Below are positions 59,901 through 64,000 of a stretch of DNA of 64,000 nt, piece after piece. The DNA is from Calcarisporiella thermophila CBS 279.70 (lineage: Eukaryota > Fungi > Calcarisporiellomycota). The notes under the pieces were generated by a model. The model saw only the letters and a list, made by a program, of their open reading frames with translations. It ran no database searches and was not told the DNA's origin. The DNA is taken from positions 434,001 through 498,000 of the forward strand of contig NW_027192199.1 in assembly GCF_041956535.1 (NCBI RefSeq). The letters are read 5' to 3'. The translations under genes were made by a program, and so were the position numbers. Within the stretch, counting starts at the first letter, position 1. Every line of letters starts with the position of its first letter.

Positions 59901-60440
59901 GAATTCCGGGAGAAGGTGAAGCAAGGCTTCGATATCGTAGTTGCAGGTGTTGGTAAGTGAAGAAAGATTTATTGATATATCCTTTGGTGTGTTAATGTAC
60001 TAATTTAAAATTCTATTTTAGGATTTGGCTCTGGTTCCTCTCGTGAGGAAGCACCTCGTGCTCTCCGTGGTATCGGCTGTAAGGCAGTAATTGCTAGGTC
60101 ATATGCTTACATCTATGGTCGCAATCAGCCAAACATGGCTCTTCTTGGTATCACCGTCACCGATGACGAGTTTTATAAGCTTGCTCAGGAGGGCTCCTCG
60201 GTCACGATTAATGTGCCGAAGCGCACCGTCTCAGTTGAAGGGCGCGAATTTCCCTTCCACCTCTCTCACATGGAGGAGCAGCTGATCCGTGGCGGCGGTG
60301 TAACGGCTATGTTCAAGAAGTATGGAAACAAGTTGTTCAGAGTTGCAACTGCTGGCGCGGCGGCCTCTGCGGGCGGAGGTGCGGGATGTGCAACCGCATG
60401 CGAAACGGGAGCAGAAGAGCAGAAGACGCTTGGCTGGTAA
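56984..60440 (+). CDS. Fusion protein: 3-isopropylmalate dehydrogenase (Leu2/LeuB) + aconitase-family isomerase large (LeuC-like) and small (LeuD-like) domains, ~1106 aa
   Basis: Exons 56984-57167, 57235-59952, 60022-60440 (3321 nt, in frame). IPMDH: [62 protein letters not shown]. Aconitase: [32 protein letters not shown]. Swivel: [24 protein letters not shown]. Confidence 0.93.
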
Positions 60441-60665
60441 ACTCGGAACTTGAACTCCCCATTTCCATCAGATTCAACAAAAACAAATAGCCAAAATTTT
60501 AATGTGTTCATACAAAAGGGTTTGTCCCAATTTTCGATTTTCAATAGTAGTTGGTAAAACTTTTTCATGTTCAAAATAAACTAGCATTTCTATATTTGAT
60601 ATTCAACTCACCACCAAACAAGTTGCGAGAATATGGGGGAAAAAGAGTCTCCTTGGGTATCAGCA

Positions 60666-61663
60666 CTAGTGTTGCAGCGAGGGAGGCAACCAAATCCCCA
60701 GTTCTTTTCTCAATTCCTCTATATTCTGTTCCATTCTTTCTTCGAAATAGACGCACAACAACGGCTTGCAGGCAGAACCGCATTCCACGGCCCAGGGCAC
60801 ATAGTGTTGAAACAATCGCGAGAGCTCTTGTTGAGACAGCCGCAGCGGGCCAATAAGCGAGCTCATTAAGGTCATAGGAAGCCCGGTTTGAGTAAGCTCG
60901 AACCATTTCAGCGCTATCTCTCCCTCCACCGTAATGGGCAGTCCGGTAAGAGTGTGAGTGAAATCGTGGGTTTCACGGTAACGACGCATTACATACGCAA
61001 GCTCTTCGTTATCCACATAGTGAACCTATCTCAGACTAAAGTATTAGCCCACTAGCCAGTGATCAAAATGGGTTCAAAATAGCCACCTTTGTCCTGGTGT
61101 CCGGCGATATTCCTTCCTCATCCATAAATCGCACATATTCTCTGCCGAATGTACCATCAGGAAGTTGCCGTAATCTATCAAGATTAATGGTCTGCGAATT
61201 GACAACTGGTCGCTCCCTCAATACCCGACGACTTGTAGTATCAGAAAGCATTTGGTCTCTTAGACGAGAAAGGAAGATGCCTCCTGCCGTGGTTTCTCCT
61301 AATGCAGCCACCATGTCTGGAAAGAAAATTGTTCACTATATTGCAATAATGGAATGGAATAATCTTGATGCTGCCAACCTTGACGCGTAGGATCGAACAA
61401 TGCAGCAAAACCGGCTTTTACCGCAAGTGCAGCCTTTTCGATTGTGGTTGTAGGGACATGTGTGTCATACAATTTGTCCAATGTTGATTTGGAAGGTGTC
61501 CTCATTTCTTCTTGACTTTGCCACCTCGCACCTAATGAGAATCGCAGCTAGATGATAGATAGTAAATTAAGCGAAGTGAGGCTAGATGAAAATTACCCAG
61601 GCTGCTAAACGCACGTCGGGAGTGTTCAAACGCACAGCGCCTTTGTAAAATTAATCTTAGCAT
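60666..61663 (-). CDS. COQ4: Ubiquinone biosynthesis protein COQ4
   Basis: DPTRQDMVAALGETT, LPDGTFGREY, YVMRRYRETHDFTHTLTGLP..EGEIALKWFE (HDxxH motif). Confidence 0.95.
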
Positions 61664-61836
61664 AATGCCTAATATGTTTTATCACTTGAGCATCATTCAG
61701 AAACTTCCTCAGCAGCAACATTCGATTTGATTTGATTTGCAAATTTGATAGTCACAAAAAGTTGTTTACTCTCGATAATTTCATTACTCTACATTCCTCC
61801 TCTGCTACCTGTAAAATTCAGGAGTTTATACCGATC

Positions 61837-64000
61837 ATGACGGAACCATTAGGGGAGGGCTTTGCCGAGAAAGTGGATAGAGCAATTCAAGAAGAAATAG
61901 AAGAAGATTTGAACCAGGAACTATCTGGTATATAGCCGGGCTATTTGCCTCAATTAAACAGGATCTAACTCTGACTATTCCGTTATCAATAGATAATGAG
62001 CTTTCTGGATCGGAGAGACATCCTGCTAATGACAAGCAAAAGAAGAAGAAGAAGAAAAAAGTTCCCATGCCCGAATCGGCCCCCAAGTACATGCGTGGTC
62101 AGCCGCAATCATTGAAGGTATTTCTATAGCAGTCTATCATTTGATCAATTATTATGACTGATCTGTCGAACCTTGGATGAATCGAATAGGATATCAAAGA
62201 TAAAAAGCTCAAAGGCAATTTAAAGCGCCTCGAAAAGCGGTATCGCGATGCGGCCTATAAAGCAGCGAGCTCTGAGCTACTTCTCACTGAAGAAGCTGGT
62301 TATCTTGAAGCCGAAGGAATGGAACGCACTTACAAGTTCACGCAACGGGAACTTGTCGAAAATCTGGACATAAATAGCGCAGGAAAATACTTCAATCTGA
62401 AGCTCGATACATTTGGTCCCTATTCTTTGGATTATACCCGCAATGGAAGGTAAATTATTCAATCTTTAAATTACAAAAGCGATGTTTTTTTTCTTACAAC
62501 ACAGTGTATAGACACTTGGCTATCGCAGGTAGAAAAGGTCACATTGCAACCTTTGATTGGCAGTCTGGGCGGCTGGGCTGCGAATTGCATCTAAAGGAGA
62601 CAGCAAGGGATATTAAGTAAGCATTAGTGCGATGAATATATATTCCGGTATTTTTCAGAGCTAACTGTTCTTTTTACAATTAAAAATATAAACAACTTAA
62701 AGATGGCTACATAATGAAACATTATTCGCGGTTGCGCAAAAGAAATACACATATATCTACGATCATACCGGGCTTGAAGTCCATTGTCTAAAAAAGCACA
62801 TTGAAGTGAATCGCCTCGAGTTTCTCCCCTACCATTTCCTCTTAGTGTCCGTGGTATGTGTGCGGTTACATTTGCTTTCATTGCTCAAATTCTGTTTAAT
62901 AATTCACTAAATTAATTCCTCTTCAGGGTAATGCTGGCTACTTAAAATACCAAGATACATCTACTGGACAATTGGTTGCCGAGCTGCGAACAAAACTCGG
63001 CCGCTGCGATGCAATGACTCAAAATCCGTACAATGCAATCATCAATCTTGGACATGCAAATGGAACAGTGACAATGTGGAGTCCAACCATGTCGGAGCCA
63101 CTTGTGAAGATGCTCTGCCACAAGGGACCCGTACTCTCACTGGCAGTGGATAATGGGGGACGGTAAGTACTGATTTAACTATTGTTTCCATAACAATGCA
63201 ATTAGAGTTGGGTATTTTTTTTGTCCATACTTTCTTACTAGCTATTTAGCAACCTCGGGCCTGGACGGGCGCCTCAAGATCTGGGACATTCGCACCTATA
63301 AACCACTTCAAGACTACTATATTCCAACCCCAGCACAGTCACTCTCTATCTCTCAGCGGGGGCTTCTTGGCGTTGGGTGGGGCCCGCATGTCAGCGTATG
63401 GAAGGATGCATTTGTGTCCAAACAACCTGGGCCATACATGACACATCTACAGCCGAGTACACAGATACAGGATCTGCACTTTTGTCCGTACGAGGATGCT
63501 CTCGGATTTGGTCACAGCGGGGGGATTACGAGTATTGTTGTCCCTGGAGCTGGAGAACCTAACTTCGATGCGTTAGAAGCAAATCCATTCCAGAACAAGA
63601 AGCAGCGGCAAGAAGCCGAAGTTCACAGTCTTTTGGACAAGGTATACTCTACTCTGCTAGTGTTCTCGACACCAGCCTAAGTTAACCTGCTTCTTTTACA
63701 GATACAACCTGAGATGATCATGCTGGACCCCAACTTTATTGGCACCCTACATCGCGATCGCCCAGCTAGTCGCCAGAAAGGTGAAGCAGAGGAAGAGAAG
63801 CCTAAGGAAAAGCTTGAGATTCGTTCACGCACGAGAGGGAAAAATTCGTCGTTGCGACGCTACCTCCGAAAGAAACAGAAGAATGTGATTGATGCGAAGA
63901 AGGTAAACAGGCAGCTTCTTCTTGGCTAACTAAAAGCATATGCATTGATTTACTGATATCATTCCTGATTTTTTAGATGATGGTTCAAGAGCGGCTGCAA
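61837..64000 (+). CDS. UTP7: U3 snoRNA-associated WD40 protein Utp7/WDR46 (3' end beyond the window)
   Basis: [83 protein letters not shown] (BING4CT). Confidence 0.95.

Noticed and set aside
36182-61663. COQ9 and COQ4 in the same window as a possible ubiquinone cluster
   Set aside because: About 23 kb apart with ten or so unrelated genes between them; likely coincidence

Overview
Gene-dense fungal genomic DNA with many short (~55-90 nt) spliceosomal introns. The gene set (TBCK, ZZZ3, TMCO3, THOC5, a Slo/KCNT K+ channel) suggests an early-diverging, non-Dikarya fungus such as Mucoromycota; this is inference. The window holds about 28 protein-coding genes, mostly conserved housekeeping genes in very tight head-to-head pairs, plus one tRNA-Ser(CGA) and a probable CCCH zinc-finger pseudogene. 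The first stand-out is a ~1106-aa single polypeptide at 56984-60440. It fuses a 3-isopropylmalate dehydrogenase (Leu2/LeuB) to a non-canonical aconitase-family isomerase (LeuC-like + LeuD-like). It is divergent from ILV6, lies near a PDK/BCKDK kinase and has a TGACTCA site upstream, suggesting a branched-chain 2-oxo-acid gene cluster. The second is a 5'-truncated, poly(A)-tailed LINE-like insertion with a perfect 18-bp target-site duplication about 70 bp upstream of the tRNA gene. Gene spans include introns. Exon boundaries were read by eye and no database searches were run.
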